The notes below the pieces were generated by a model. That model searched no databases. It was not told the origin of the DNA and saw nothing but the letters and a program-made list of their open reading frames with translations. A program made the translations under genes and the position numbers. This document shows positions 1 through 13,567 of a stretch of 64,000 nt of DNA, piece by piece. Source of the stretch: Dendrobates tinctorius (lineage: Eukaryota); NCBI RefSeq assembly GCF_039654945.1, contig NW_027362024.1:620001-684000 (forward strand), written 5' to 3'. Every line of letters starts with the position of its first letter. Within the stretch, counting starts at the first letter, position 1.

Positions 1-3000
1 GGATTGTATGAGAGACTTTGTCAAATGCTTTGCTGAAGTCAAGATATACTATATCTACAGCATTTCCTTGATCTACCCAATCAGTGATACCGTCATAGAA
101 GGAAATTAAGTTAGTCTGACATGACTTATTAGTTACAAACCCATGCTGACTCTGTTTAATCACTTCATTCTTATCCAGGTATTGACATACATGTTGTTTA
201 ATAATTTGTTCAAAGATCTTTCCTGGTATAGAAGTCAGACTCACCGGCCTATAGTTACCTGGGTCCACCTTCTTCCCCTTTTTGAAGATAGGAACAACAT
301 TTGCTCTTCTCCAGTCTTCTGGCACTTCTCCTGTTCTCCAAGAATTTTCAAAGATTATAGAGAGGGGTTCAAAAATTTCTTCTGCTATCTCCTTCAGTAC
401 TCTGGGGTGTAATTCATCTGGACCTGGAGACTTGAATTCATTTAGGTTAGCTAAGTGTTTCCTCACTATCTTTCTGTTTATAGATATCCTGGATTCTTCT
501 ATTCCCTTAATAGGACAGTGAATAACAGTTGATGTTACATTTCCTTTCTGAGAGAAAACACATGCAAAATAGGAATTTAAAAGTTCAGCCTTCTCAACAT
601 CCTGTCTTACCATTTCATCATTTTCATCCTGTAAAAATCCTATAGCATCTTTGACTTTTCTTTTACTTTTGACATATCCCCAAAATCCTTTATTATTGCT
701 TTTGACATCTCTTGCAAGCCTCAATTCATTTTCAGCTTTAGATAATCTGATTTGTGCCCTGCAGGTTCTGCAGACAGCATTATATTCTTCTTTAGATATG
801 CCTCCCTCTTTCCATTTTATAAACATTTTTTTCTTCCTTTTTAGCATGTGCTTAAGTTCTGTGTTCATCCATCCTGGTTTCCTTAACTGCTTCCTATTCT
901 TCCCTCTTTTCGGAATTAACAACTGTGCTTTGAGAATTTCATTTTTCAAGATTTCCCATCCTTCCTGGACATTTTTGTCTTTAAGGATATCCAGCCATTG
1001 GATCCCTCCAATTCTCTTTCTGAATCCCTTAAAATCTGCCTTTCTGAAATCTAACCTTGACGTCTGAGTCTTCACAGGTCTTCCGCCTCTAGTTATCCAA
1101 AATTCTAAAATAGCATGGTCGCTACCTCCTAGGGTCCCAGCCACTTTTACCTCCTCAACCATTTCCTCCCAGTTTATAAGGATTAGATCCAAGGTAGCAG
1201 TTCCCCTTGTTTTCTCCCTTACCTTTTGGAAGATAAAGTTGTCAGCAAGAGAGGATAAGAATTTCCTTGACCTGTTAGTTTTGCCTGAGAGAGATTCCCA
1301 ACAAATGTCTGGATAGTTGAAATCTCCCATGACAACTATGTCATATTTTTTGGAGAACTTGGCCATTTGATGCATAAAGAGTTCATCCATAGCTTCAGCT
1401 TGCACAGGCGGCCTGTAGTAAATGCCTACAATGGTGTCCTTTCCGTTGTTCTGTCCTTGTATTCTTACCCAAACAGTTTCCACAGAACTCCCAGTCTCTG
1501 AAGCTTCAATCTCTGTGCAGATATACGCGTTTCTAACATACAATGCGACACCCCCTCCTCGTTTATCAAGTCTGTTTCTTGCAAATAAGTTGTATCCTTC
1601 TAGTCTTGTATTCCAATCATGTGTATTGTCCCACCAAGTTTCAGTGATTCCAATGACATCATATTTCTTTTCCTGTGTTAGTAGTTCCAATTCTCCTTGT
1701 TTGTTGCCCATGCTTTGTGCATTAGTATAGAAACATTTTAGTTTGTGATTGGTTTCTCTTTCTCCAATATTTTTATTAATTAGATTCTTTCGTCTTTGTT
1801 CTTCCTTTCCACTTCTAATAGCAGAGTTCTCAATAGCATTTGTCAGGTGTATGGCTTTTTCTGGTCTTTTGCTTCCCTTCCCATGTTGTTCTAGTTTAAA
1901 GCTCTCCTTACAAGTGTAGCAAGGCGACTTCCAAATACATGCTTACCAGTCTTCGTAAGGTGCACCCCATCTCTAGCAAGTAGTCCATCGTATAAGTAGT
2001 TCACTCCGTGATCCAGAAATCCAAATCGTTGCTGACGGCATCATCGACGTAGCCAGTTGTTCACCTGCAGAATCTTATTCCACCTCCTTGTTCCATGGCC
2101 ATCCACTGGGAGGATGGAAGAGAAGACCACCTGCGCTATCCAGTTCTTTCACTTTCTTGCCTAAGTCTTCAAAGTCTCTGCAGATGGTTTCCAGGTCGTT
2201 TCTTGCGGTGTCATTTGTCCCCACATGTAGTAGCAGGAATGGGTAGTCATCTGTAGGTCTGAAGAGTCCTGATATCCTGTCAGACACATCTTTAATTTTT
2301 GCACCTGGAAGACAACACATTTCTCTTGAAGTTATATCCGGTCTGCAGATAGCGGCCTCAGTTCCTCTCAACAGGGAATCCCCCATGACCACCACTCTCC
2401 GTTTCTTCTTCACAACATTTTTCTTTCTCCATCCAGGAGGACTCTGAAGGCGTACAAGGTTGCTGCTTGTTAGCAAAGTCTTATCCTGATGTATTTCTTC
2501 ATTGTTTTCCTGCGTGAGAGCCTGGTACTGGTTTCTGAGCAGTATGGGTGCTGACTGCCTCCTGATCCTCCTGCTTCTCTGGGTCACATGTCTCCATTTC
2601 TCTGTTTCTTCAGGTGCACTTCGAATTTCTTCTCTTTCTGTAACATGAAGAGATAATTCTGCTCTGTCCAAGAACTCTTCACCTTCCTTAATGATCTTCA
2701 ACGTAGCTAACCTCTCTTCGAGATTTTGCAACTTTTCCTCCAACAGGGACACAAGCTTGCATTTGTGGCATGTGAAGTTTGGCTTTTCCACTGGTAAATC
2801 TGTGAACATGTAGCAAGAAATGCAGCTCACCAAATGGCTCCTGGCCTCTTCCATCTTGAGATTTCTTAAAAACGATGAAAGATGAGCCCAAATTTTTCCG
2901 ATTTCCTCTTTTCAGCTGCAACGGCCAAAACCCAGTGATCGTTGAGCTCGCGGAGACTCTTCACTTATCCCAGAAGGCACTGGGAATATGCAAATGATCT
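1..3000 (-). mobile_element. CR1-clade LINE (5' part: UTR, ORF1, APE endonuclease and start of RT; runs off the left edge)
   Basis: ORF 2075..2854 has CxxC..CxxC, a leucine zipper and SGNH-esterase motifs (VMGDSLLRG, CCLPGAKI, LHVGTND), the typical CR1 ORF1. The minus strand of 1-1750 encodes the APE motifs ITETWWD and VMGDFNYPDICW and the RT motif YLDFSKAFDKVSH (about 10-55). Confidence 0.93.
1892..2854 (-). pseudogene. CR1 ORF1 (zinc finger/leucine zipper + esterase), frameshifted near 2130
   Basis: The ORF track frame ends at 2075. Esterase similarity continues in another frame (FLDHG, DGVHLT, RRALN*) to about 1892. Confidence 0.8.
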
Positions 3001-3019
3001 CCTCAAGACTCTTCCCCTA

Positions 3020-3692
3020 GTATGCATGTATCCCTCATCCCTATCCTGGTATGCATGACCCCATCATCCCTATCCTGGTATGCAGGGCCCCATCTCGTCC
3101 TGGTATGCATGGCCCCATCTCGTCCTGGTATGCAGGGCCCCATCTCGTCCTGGTATGCATGGTCCCATCTCGTCCTGGTGTGCATGGCCCCATCTCGTCC
3201 TGGTATGCAGGGTCCCCATCTCGTCCTGGTATGCATGGTACCATCATCCCTATCCTGGTATGCATGGTCCCATCCCTATCCTGGTATGCATGGCCCGTCA
3301 TCTCATCCTAGTATGCATGTATCCCTCATCCCTATCCTGGTATGCATGACCCCATCATCCCTATCCTGGTATGCAGGGCCCCATTTTGTCCTAGTATGCA
3401 TGGCCCCATCTCGTCCTGGTATGCAGGGCCCCATCTCGTCTTGGTATGCATGGCCCCATCTCGCCCTGGTATGCATGGTCCCATCTCATCCTGGTGTGCA
3501 TGGCCCATCTCATCCTGGTATGCAGGGCCCCATCTCGTCCTGGTTTGCATGGTACCATCATCCATATCCTGGTATGCATGGTCCCATCCCTATCCTGGTA
3601 TGCAGGGTCCCCTATCTCCTCCTAGTATGCATGGTACTATCATCCCTATCCTGGTATGCATGTCCCCATCCTTATCCTGGTATGCATGGCCC
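3020..3692. repeat. ~29-bp minisatellite (TCCTGGTATGCATGGCCCCATCTCG-like)
   Basis: More than 20 degenerate tandem units are visible. The array resumes at 4557 after an LTR insertion. Confidence 0.9.
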
Positions 3693-4556
3693 TGTAGGAG
3701 GAAGGACCGGAACAATAAAGGCAACAGTGTGGGAATGCCACTAGTGTGGCAGGGGAACAGAGAACCTGACCGGGACAGACCTGTGACCTCTGCTGCAAAG
3801 GGCGAGTCTGATATAAAAAGGGGGGTGCGCTGGAACCTGGGGCTTCTGGCGGGAAGACAGGAGGTGCAGCAGAGGAAGGTTTGCTCCCTCCCTGCGGATA
3901 ACACTACTGACGACAAACTGCGCTTGTGTGCGCACCCCCCAACATCCAGCAACAGCACCAGTGACCACTTACTGCTGCCGGATGCCGACCCTACGCGACT
4001 GCAGGCAGGAAGCGCTGACCATACTGTGCAACGCTTAACAGCAGACAGTGTAGAGTGCATGACTCCCGTCGGAGACTTTCACTTTACATCTGCGGCTGCG
4101 GCCTTGATACTAGAACCCTCCACCTCATCTGGACATACAGCAGCCCACCAAAAGGTCCCGGACTCTTCTTCGCCGCTAAGAGACAGCGCCTCCGGTACAT
4201 CGAGGACCGCTTCCTCAACGTGACGCGGCGTCTGCGGCGCCATCGTGGAATCTTTCAACCACCTCCCTTCGGACAACAGAGTCTGATAAGTTGAACCCTA
4301 CCGTTTTTTCCTCTCCCGCCGTTAGCAATTCTTTTTTTGTTGTTACCACTGTTGACAGCTGAAGTCAAGCTGTCACTGCATAATACTGAACTTCCACATA
4401 TTTGCCCGCCCAATACTTCTGTGCATCTTGTATATATTAACTCCCTGCATGGAGAAAGCGTTGTTATCTTTTCCTCTGGGTATATAAAAACACCCATTAA
4501 CACTTGCTCTGTTTTCTGCTCGTCACTGCATCCAACGCACCTGCTGGTAGCCTACA
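3693..4556 (+). mobile_element. solo LTR (864 bp)
   Basis: TGTAGG...CCTACA inverted ends, 4-bp TSD GCCC (3689-3692 / 4557-4560), TATA-like ATATAAAA near 3811. Inserted in the minisatellite. Confidence 0.75.
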
Positions 4557-4599
4557 GCCCCATCCCGTCCTGGTATACAGGGCCCCATACTTATAAGTG

Positions 4600-5372
4600 G
4601 CCCCCACCCCCATTCCTATCCTGGTATGCATGGCCCTATCAGAAAACATTAAAAAAACAAACCATTACACTTACCTACCCGGCGCTCCCTTGCAGCCTCC
4701 TGCTCCGGTGCCAGCAACTGCTTTATGCTTGTAAGCAGCGCTGAGAACAGTGAGAATTCATGAATATTCATTTCTCTTACGTAGTGGCACACGTGACCGC
4801 CAGTAGCAGCAGGAAGCCGGTGGCTGACACTGCGCGCTACTGAAGAGCAATGAATACTCACTGTCCTTTGTGTCCACAGTCCTGGCAGCTGTGCTCTGCT
4901 TGTGAGCAGTACATGACGTCCCTGCCATGCGCTGCTTACAAGCATATAGCAGTTCCTGGCACCAGAGCAGGACGCTGCGAGGGAGCACGGGGTAAGTAAG
5001 TGTAATGATTTGTTTTTTAATGTTTTCTGATGGGGCCATGCATACAAGGATTTGGATGGGAGCCAATTATAAGGATGGGGCCATGCATACCAGGACCGAG
5101 GTGGGGGGTGTAATCAGATCAAGATACTATTATTAAAGAGAAATGAATATTCATTGCCCTTCAAGCCCATGGGAGTGGAATGCAGTGAATATTAATTTCT
5201 CTTTAGCAGCGGGAACAGGAGTTAGCCGCAGCCACCGGCTCCAGCCTCCTGTGACCCGATGCTCCGCCGATGCCGTTCCCCCACCTACCCATCATAGCCA
5301 GAGTCGGTACATCCGGACTATAAGATGTACCCCCCATTTTCCTCAAGCATCTTATAGTCCGAAAATTATGCT
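4600..5372. mobile_element. non-autonomous palindromic DNA element (MITE-like; Tc1/pogo-type end)
   Basis: About 130-bp imperfect inverted repeat (4615-4741 vs 4929-5052). The right end CTTATAGTCCGAAAA (~5350-5366) resembles the ends of the MITEs at 31113 and 56416. Confidence 0.6.
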
Positions 5373-5955
5373 ACTTTTAACACAAATTGAAAAGTCAGGA
5401 TAAAGAGAAACTCTGCTGTTATTGTACAGAAATTCACACTCGGCCTCACTGCACATTTACTGTTGTCGATCATAAAAGGGAAGTTTGGCCAGAAAGACTG
5501 GACCTGGTCTTGTAGGGACCATGAGACATTCAGCAGCACAGAAGGGAGAGAAGATTCATCCGATAAGATCTCAGGGATCTAGGAAGCCAACAGCATCATT
5601 ACCCTCCGCTTTCTCTTACAGGCCCATCATAATATTTTTCTTCAAGGGATTTTCTAACCTGTCAGCACATTCTACGTACGCTGTCATTAGGCTTTATAGT
5701 TACAGATCTGGGCAGGTAACGGTCAGCGTCTCCTAATCACAGGGGTTAGGTGGATCCTCCAGGTTGTAAGTTCTATAGAAAAGGGCTTTCAATGCCCAAA
5801 GTCATTTGAACAATTTTGGGTGGAGGAGAATGTTGAGGTCTAGAGGCAAAATGGTGATCATGGTAATACGGCTGGACTACACCACCGTTAAAGCAGCCAC
5901 AGCCGGTGACTGAGAGGAATCTGTGACTTCTCTGCATTCAGTGGTTACTACTCAC

Positions 5956-7091
5956 CTGGGTAGTCATATGTGGGAATCTCCTCTTTACACCGCTCATCAC
6001 CCCTCACATATGTCTCTGTAGTATTAATATGGGTCAGATCTTCTCCCTGAAACAAATATTGTAAAAGTCACCGACAGATAGAGAAGTCCCATCTATGATC
6101 AGCTCTAATCCTGCCATCTCCACCGCTCTCATTACACAAGTATAAAACATATAATACTGGTGGATAAAACAAGACTGAGCACAAGACCTTCACAGCCGTC
6201 TACACATCATAGGGGAGATCTCCTGACACCTTCTCTCCATCTACCTGATGATCCTGAGGAGCACTGGGATCTTCTTGGTTACAGTCCTGTGGAAGAAGAG
6301 GACGGGGACATCTCTCTGGTGTTGTCCTCTTACTGGATAGATCTGGAGGAAACACATACAGGGACTGAATTCATTCTCTACATACAGATAATTATAGGCC
6401 GTGTGTATTTAGTCCTGTCTATTACCTGGTGATGTGAGGGGCTGGGGAACCTCCATTATGACGTTCTTGTGCAGATCTCTGTGTCCTTCTAAATACTCCC
6501 ACTCCTCCATGGAGAAATAGACAGCGACATCCTGACACCTTATAGGAACCTGACACATACAATGATACCGTCATCCCCCCGATCCCTTCATAGTGTTACT
6601 GTATAATGTCACAGCATTCCCAGCAGTGTCACCTCTCCAGTCAGCAGCCCAGTCATCTTGTAGGTGAGGTCTAGGATCTTCTGGTCATTGATGTCCTCAT
6701 GGATCAGGGGGTGAGGTGGAGGCCCCGTGATTGGGCTCAGGGGTCTTCCACATCCCTCAGACACAGGGTCCTGAAAGCGATCACTAGAGGTCTTCTTCAT
6801 CACTGTGTAATCCTGGTTATGGAGAGACACATTAATAAATCTCACTACAGACATTTCCAGAGTCCTCACCTCTCCAGTTCTGTCCATCTGTTATTCCCAT
6901 AGATAAGAATGATGTAATGTGACGTCATCAGAATCTCTCACCTCTCCAGTGAGACGGAAGAGGATCTCTAGGGTGAGGAGTAATATCCTCTCCGCCATGT
7001 TGTCTCTGTCCATATCCATCCTTGATGGGGAAATCAGGAAAATTCTCTTTTGTAGAAGATCTTCACTGAGAGGATCCGATATTGTAGAGAC
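5956..7091 (-). CDS. KRAB/FAX zinc-finger gene N-terminal exons, copy A: 7091-6942, 6812-6633, 6549-6426 (KRAB-A), 6342-6245, 6046-5956; finger exon expected left of the window
   Basis: All exons are open with GT/AG sites and the same lengths as the + strand gene (150, 180, 124, 98, 91 nt). KRAB-A reads [33 protein letters not shown]. Confidence 0.88.
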
Positions 7092-7144
7092 CTGAATGAG
7101 AAGAAGATGATCCGATGTAACATCATAAGAATCCTGTGTAATAA

Positions 7145-7873
7145 TACAACGACAGCTGCAATCTGCAGAGTCGGGAGATATGACTCTGACAAATATATAT
7201 ATACATACATACACATATCTATCTATATATATAATTTCACCAAAAAAAGTAAGGACTGCAGCACTCACTGATCCATATTGAAAGTCCGTAGTTTATTTGT
7301 AGCAAAAGTGTAAAACTTCATGGCCGGGAGGCTGAAGAAAGGAGTGAGCAAACTCTGACGACGGCCTAACAGCGCTTCCACGGGTCAGCTATATATAATC
7401 GTCTAATTCTGTCTGTCTGTAACGGAAATCCCGCATCGCTGATTGGTTGCGTCTGGGGACATCACTGAAGGTGGAGGAAGATGGCGCCCGCAGCAGTCCT
7501 CCACTGAAACTTCAACGATGTGCCCTGCCTTAACTTGAGCAGAGGGCGAAAACCCCCCGGTCAGCAAGGGGCAAGCCTAAGGCAGGACGCAGATGCTGTT
7601 CAGAAGGAAATCTCCACACCGCCCGAACACCGGGTAGCGGTGATGTCACCACAGAGTAGGAAGATGGCGCGTGCAGCAGGCAGAGACGGAACCTTCACCA
7701 GCGGTGTGCCCATGGAAAACAAGGTCAGATGAGGGTCCAGCCCCCCAGGTCTGCAAGGGGCAATCCCAAAGTCGATCCCAGAAGCTTTTCCAAAGCAATT
7801 TTCTACACTACCCGAACATATATATTTGGCAGAGTCATAACTCACGACTCTGCAGATTGCTGCTGCCGTTGTA
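7145..7873. repeat. segment bounded by ~55-bp inverted repeats, probably Penelope-like terminal remnant
   Basis: 7145-7200 is the imperfect reverse complement of 7818-7873. A deleted hammerhead-like motif lies at 7357-7388. Confidence 0.45.
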
Positions 7874-8744
7874 GGCCCAGACCAGATGGTATAGAGATGA
7901 ATGAGGGAGACCAAAGTTCAAAATAGACTTTCCTTTATTTAACAAGACCTTGATGAGAAGTATACACATTGTTAGCGAGGGTAGTCTGGAGCCGGAAACT
8001 CCAGGAGTGGACCCTCTGGACCGTGGCACCGAGGGGCCCCGGGCGAGCTGCCAGGTGGAACCGACCCCTATACAGGGACCGTTAGGAGCAGGCCCAGGGG
8101 TTCGAGTACCACGGTAGCCGGTACTGAGAGGGGCGGCTCAGGATGGACCGGAGTAGGACTGTGGGACAGAAGTATAGATGACGGAACAGGAACACTGGAG
8201 GCAGGACTGGAGTAGGACGGCAGGACTGGAGTAGGATGGAACAGGAACACTGGAGGCAGGACTGGAGTAGGACGGCAGGACTGGAGCAGGATGGAACAGG
8301 ACCACTGGAGGACGGCAGGACTGGAGTAGGATGGAACAGGAACACTGGAGACAGGACTGGAGTAGGATGGCAGGAACACCGGAGACAGGACTGAGAGGCT
8401 GCTGCGGAGAGCAGGCAAGAACGGAACTGCAGGAGCTGAGAGCACACGATGCAGCGAGGCCAGTGTGCTTGGAAACACAACAATCAGGCACCTCCCACAG
8501 GGGGAAGCGGCCTGATATGCTCCTGTCTGGTCTGCCATTGGTCAGGGAGGTGCTTCCAGGTCAGGGCATAGCCAGAGCACAAGAAGCTGGAGGGAGGCGC
8601 GGCCGCGGCCTATGGCGCATGCGCATTGCATGCAGGGATGCCGCCGACCGCGCACCTGCCAGAGGCGACCTACGTGGATGTCGGGCAGCGGGGGGCTGTG
8701 GCGTGGGAGCGATGGCCGGGTGAGTACGCAGGGACGGTGTAACA

Positions 8745-10960
8745 GTACCCCCTCCTCTAAGTCGCCCTCCCCGGACATTAGCAAGAAATCTCTTGAGGAT
8801 ACGGGGAGCATTGATATTCTCCTGAGGCTCCCAGGATCTCTCCTCAGGACCAAAGCCCTTCCAGTCAACAAGGAAAAATGTCCTACCTCTAACCTTCTTC
8901 ATGGCGATAATGTCCTCCACTTCAAAGACATCATCGGCACCCACCGGCTGAGGACCAGAAGCAGGCAAGGAATGGAAGCGATTCAGCACCACAGGTTTCA
9001 GGAGAGAGACATGGAAGGTGTTCGGGACCCGGAGCGAAGCAGGCAACCTCAATTTGTAGGCGACTTCATTGATACGTCCAAGAATTTCAAACGGACCGAT
9101 GTAGCGTGGCCCCAACTTGTAAGAAGGCAGTTTCAACCGGATGAATTTGGATGAGAGCCAGACCTTGTCCCCAACACGATAGGGTGGAGGATCCAATCTC
9201 TTCTTGTTGGCAAAGTTCTTCATCCGATCAGCGGATTTCTTGAGTGACGTGTTGGTCTCGGCCCAGATCTTGGAAAACTTGGAGGACAAAGGGTTGGCCG
9301 CGGGTACCTCGGAGGCAGGAGTTATCGGAAGAGGAACACCAGGATGTCTGCCGAACACAATGAAAAACGGAGACTTGGCCGAGGACTCACTGGCATGGTT
9401 GTTGTAAGCGAACTCTGCCCAGGGAAGTAAGTCAACCCAATCGCTCTGGTGTGCGTTGGAGAAATGACGTAGGTACCCAGTCAACGTCTGGTTGGTGCGC
9501 TCCACCTGCCCATTGGACTGTGGATGGTAGGCTGAGGAGAAGTCAAGGGAAATGTTCATGAGCATACAAAGCGATCGCCAGAACTTGGAGGTAAACTGAA
9601 CCCCTCGGTCCGACACTATGCGTTGAGGTAGTCCATGGAGTCTGAAGATTTGGTGGACAAAGACTTTAGCCAGCTCCGGAGCCGAGGGAAGAGCGGGCAG
9701 AGGGACGAAGTGGGCCATCTTGGAAAAACGATCCACCACCACCAAGATGACTGTGCAGCCAGAAGAACAGGGGAGGTCTGTTCGAAGAGACATTTCTCAA
9801 TCTTCGCATACAGGCGGTTCTCCCGAAGACGCTGTAACACCAAGCGGACACTCTTTCTGTGGGACAAGATATCCGGCGAGAAGACGAGGATGTCGTCCAA
9901 GTATACGACCACACAGGAGTACAAGAGGTCCCGGAAGATCTCATTGACGAACTCTTGAAACACCGCAGGAGCATTGCAGAGGCCAAAGGGCATGACCAGG
10001 TACTCGTAATGGCCGTCTCGAGTGTTGAAAGCCGTCTTCCACTCGTCTCCAGCCCGGATGCGGACCAGATTATAGGCTCCTCTGAGGTCCAGCTTGGAGA
10101 AGACCCGGGCTCCTCTAAGACGATCAAACAGCTCCAGAATGAGTGGAAGGGGTACCTGTTCTTAATGGTAATTTCATTCAGACCCCTATAGTCAATGCAT
10201 GGCCGTAGAGCTCTGTCCTTCTTTTTGACGAAGAAAAACCCGGCTCCCGCGGGTGACGAGGATTTCCGTATAAAACCCTTGGCAAGGTTCTCTCGAACGT
10301 ATTCGGACATAGCTGTGGTCTCAGCGGGAGACAGGGGGTAGATTCTGCCCCTTGGGGGAGTTGAACCAGGAACAAGTTCAATTGGGCAGTCAAAAGGCCG
10401 GTGTGGAGGAAGGACCTCCGCTTCCTTCTTATCAAAGACATCGGCGTAGGAACTGTAGGCTGGAGGAAGACCCAGAAGGTCTGGGAGCGGCCTAGGAGCG
10501 GCCACCAGGTGGACAGGAATCAGACAGCGAGCTTGGCACTGGTGCCCCCAGCGGAGTATCGCCCCAGAAGACCAATCGAGGACAGGCTGATGAGTCCTTA
10601 ACCATGGGAGACCGAGTAGAATGGCATGGGAGAGCTTAGGCAAAACGTAAAAGGCTATCTTCTCTCGATGTAAGGCACCAACTTGCAACTCCACTTCCTC
10701 AGTGACCAAGGTGACGGTCACCTGTAGCGGTTTGCCATCCACCGCGGCAATCTGGAGAGGGTTAGATAGGGCAACCACGGGAAATTGGTATTTGTCCACC
10801 TCTTCTGGCCGAATGAAGTTACCTGCCGAACCCGAATCCACGTAGGCCACCTCGGACCCACGTCTCTCCCCGGAAACCAGAAGCACAGAAATAGTAAGAG
10901 GTTGAGAGGGACCATCGTCGCCTAGGGAGGCCTCTCTTACCAGACCTAGGCGGAGGAGTT
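8745..10960 (-). pseudogene. pol: Gypsy pol: protease, partial RT, integrase + chromodomain
   Basis: ORF pieces 9666..10886, 9616..9993 and 8561..9793. Motifs VDRFSK, SDRG, QSNGQVER and chromodomain FLVDWKGFGPEERSWEP. Confidence 0.93.
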
Positions 10961-11946
10961 TCCCTGTCTCTTAGGACAGGTGCGGATATAGTGCGATGAA
11001 GCTCCGCAATAGAGGCACAGACCTTGTGCCCGCCTCTCTTGCTGACGTACCTCGTGAAGTTGAGACGGTCAATCTGCATGGGCTTGACTGACTGAGGACT
11101 GGCAGAACGGATGCAAAAGGGGACTGGCCTGGTGAATCTCCTCTCTCTCGCTGACTCCCGAGCGCGCTCCTGGAAGCGTAGGTCAATGCGGGTAGCCAGC
11201 GAAATAAGGTCCTCTAATGAGTTCGGGGTCTCTCGACCTGCGAGTTCATCTTTTATTCTGCCTGAAAGACCGCGCCAGAACGCCCCTACCAAAGCCGTGT
11301 TATTCCAGCCGAGCTCGGAGGAGATAGTGCGAAAGCGAATAGCGTACTGACCGACCGTGAGAGAACCCTGATGTAGATTAAAGAGTGATTCAGTGAGGAC
11401 AGCTAACCGACCCGACTCATTGAAGACCCTGCGAAAAGTATCCAAGAAAACCGGAAGACTCGAGACAACGGGATCGTCACGTTCCCAGAGGGGATTCAAC
11501 CAGGACAGGGCCTCTCCCTCCAGATGGGACATAATGAAGGCTACTTTGGCCCGGTCAGAGGGATATTGCTGCGGCAACAATTCAAAGTGGAGACTACACT
11601 GATTTAAGAACCCCCTGCAACGCTTAGGATCCCCAGTGAAGCGAGGCGGGGTGTTGGGAGAGCTGTAGGAGCGGGGGGAGGAGTCAGAGCTGCGGCGGCA
11701 GAACATAGGGCCGACAGGCGGCTATCAAAGGAGGCCATGTGAGACAAAATATGACGCTTGGGTATCTTGTTGCTGGACCAGCTCCTGTTGAAGACTGGTC
11801 AGTAACGTGGCAGTTCCAGGATCGGTCACCTGCAGGGCCGACAAACGGGTGTCCATGGACTTCATGATGGACATAATGCGTCCCTGATTTTCCCGCAGGA
11901 AGAGTAACTCTTTCTGGGTGGCAGCTGTGGTACCGGCGGGATCCAT
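10950..11946 (-). pseudogene. gag: Gypsy gag (frameshifted) with CCHC knuckle
   Basis: ORFs 11725..11946 and 10819..11706 (RFTGDPKRCRGFLNQC, QGSLTVGQYAIRF). GLCLYCGASSHYIRTCP lies in a shifted frame near 10975-11025. Confidence 0.88.
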
Positions 11947-13567
11947 GGCCTGATTGTACTGTTAGCGTGGGTAGTCTGGAGCCGGAAACTCCAGGAGTGG
12001 ACCCTCTGGACCGTGGCACCGAGGGGCCCCGGGCGAGCTGCCAGGTGGAACCGACCCCTATACAGGGACCGTTAGGAGCAGGCCCAGGGGTTCGAGTACC
12101 ACGGTAGCCGCTACCGAGAGGGGCGGCTCAGGATGGACCGGAGTAGGACTGTGGGACAGAAGTATAGATGACGGAACAGGAACACTGGAGGCAGGACTGG
12201 AGTAGGACGGCAGGACTGGAGTAGGATGGAACAGGAACACTGGAGGCAAGACTGGAGTAGGACGGCAGGACTGGAGCAGGATGGAACAGGACCACTGGAG
12301 GACGGCAGGACTGGAGTAGGATGGAACAGGAACACTGGAGACAGGACTGGAGTAGGATGGCAGGAACACCGGAGACAGGACTGAGAGGCTGCTGCGGAGA
12401 GCAGGCAAGAACGGAACTGCAGGAGCTGAGAGCACATGATGCAGCGAGGCCAGTGTGCTTGGAAACACAACAATCAGGCACCTCCCACAGGGGGAAGTGG
12501 CCTGATATGCTCCTGTCTGGTCTGCCATTGGTCAGGGAGGTGCTTCCAGGTCAGGGCATAGCCAGAGCACAAGAAGCTGGAGGGAGGCGCGGCCGCGGCC
12601 TATGGCGCATGCGCATTGCATGCAGGGACGCCGCCGACCGCGCACCTGTCAGAGGCGACCTACGTGGATGTCGGGCGGCGGGGGGCTGCGGCGTGGGAGC
12701 GATGGCCGGGTGAGTACGCAGGGACGGTGTAACACACATCAGATGGCAGGCACAACACTTTATTAATGCTTCTTCTGCATTATGCAGTCAGGAACTTTCC
12801 GGTGACATGCGGCAGTACATAACCTTTGTTATAAGCCACAATAGTGCAGCAAACCTGAGCTACTGACCTCTTCCTGCTCTGTGTCTCCGCTATGCTCCCT
12901 GCCTGGAATCCGAATTCTTACTGCCATTATATCTTTGCTTTCCTTCAGAACGTACTATCTGATGTCTCTCTCCTGGCACACAACACCATATCAATTCAGG
13001 AGGACGGCAATCAGATAGACCAAAGGCCTGGATTTCTCACTTTCTATCTGACTCATCACAAGGAAATTGTTCTCCTGTGTGGCCATGTAGCTCAGTATGA
13101 GGTCTCCCACACAGTATGACGGCCCCACAGCACCTCACACAGTATTATGGCGCGAGATGAGCAAATATTTCAATGTTCGGTTCAAGATCGCCGAATTTGC
13201 AATATTTGCCGATTTAATCGCAGAATATAGCGGAAAATGCACAGCACAAAAGCCGGTGTTTCCCAAGCTGTGTGGCAGTGTGGTAAACACTGATGTAGCG
13301 CTTCTGATTGGTGGTAAAATCATCCCTGCCGGTCACAGAGCCGCGGTTCACACACTGTCAGAACACAGCATGACCGCTCAGCTGTGATCGGAAGTAAAAA
13401 GTTTATCTCCGGTCACTGGTGTCACCTCTAATCCTGCCATCTCCACCGTTCTCATTACACAAGTATAAAACATATAATACTGGTGGATAAAACAAGACTG
13501 AGCACAAGACCTTCACAGCCGTCTACACATCATAGGGGAGATCTCCTGACACCTTCTCTCCATCTAC

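Larger units (their letters stand above)
7970..12734 (-). mobile_element. Ty3/Gypsy chromovirus (Tf1/sushi group), internally deleted
   Basis: 775-bp LTRs 7970-8744 and 11960-12734 (TG...CA, about 10 differences), 5-bp TSD CACAT, PPT next to 8745. Carries gag, protease (DSGS), RT (YLDD), integrase and chromodomain. RNase H is deleted at a junction near 9775. Confidence 0.97.

Noticed and set aside
2988-2995. Octamer ATGCAAAT at the CR1 5' end
   Set aside because: A single 8-mer with no supporting context.
3003-4223. Overlapping ORFs up to 293 aa
   Set aside because: Products of the 29-bp minisatellite running into a solo LTR.
6160-6432. Triplicated [13 protein letters not shown]... (also 13483..13815 and 46496..46828)
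   Set aside because: Antisense shadow of the KRAB exons and introns, repeated only because the gene is duplicated.
8068-8538. Cys/Ser/Pro-rich ORFs resembling keratin-associated or metallothionein-like proteins (also 12058..12528)
   Set aside because: They arise from short tandem repeats inside the two LTRs.
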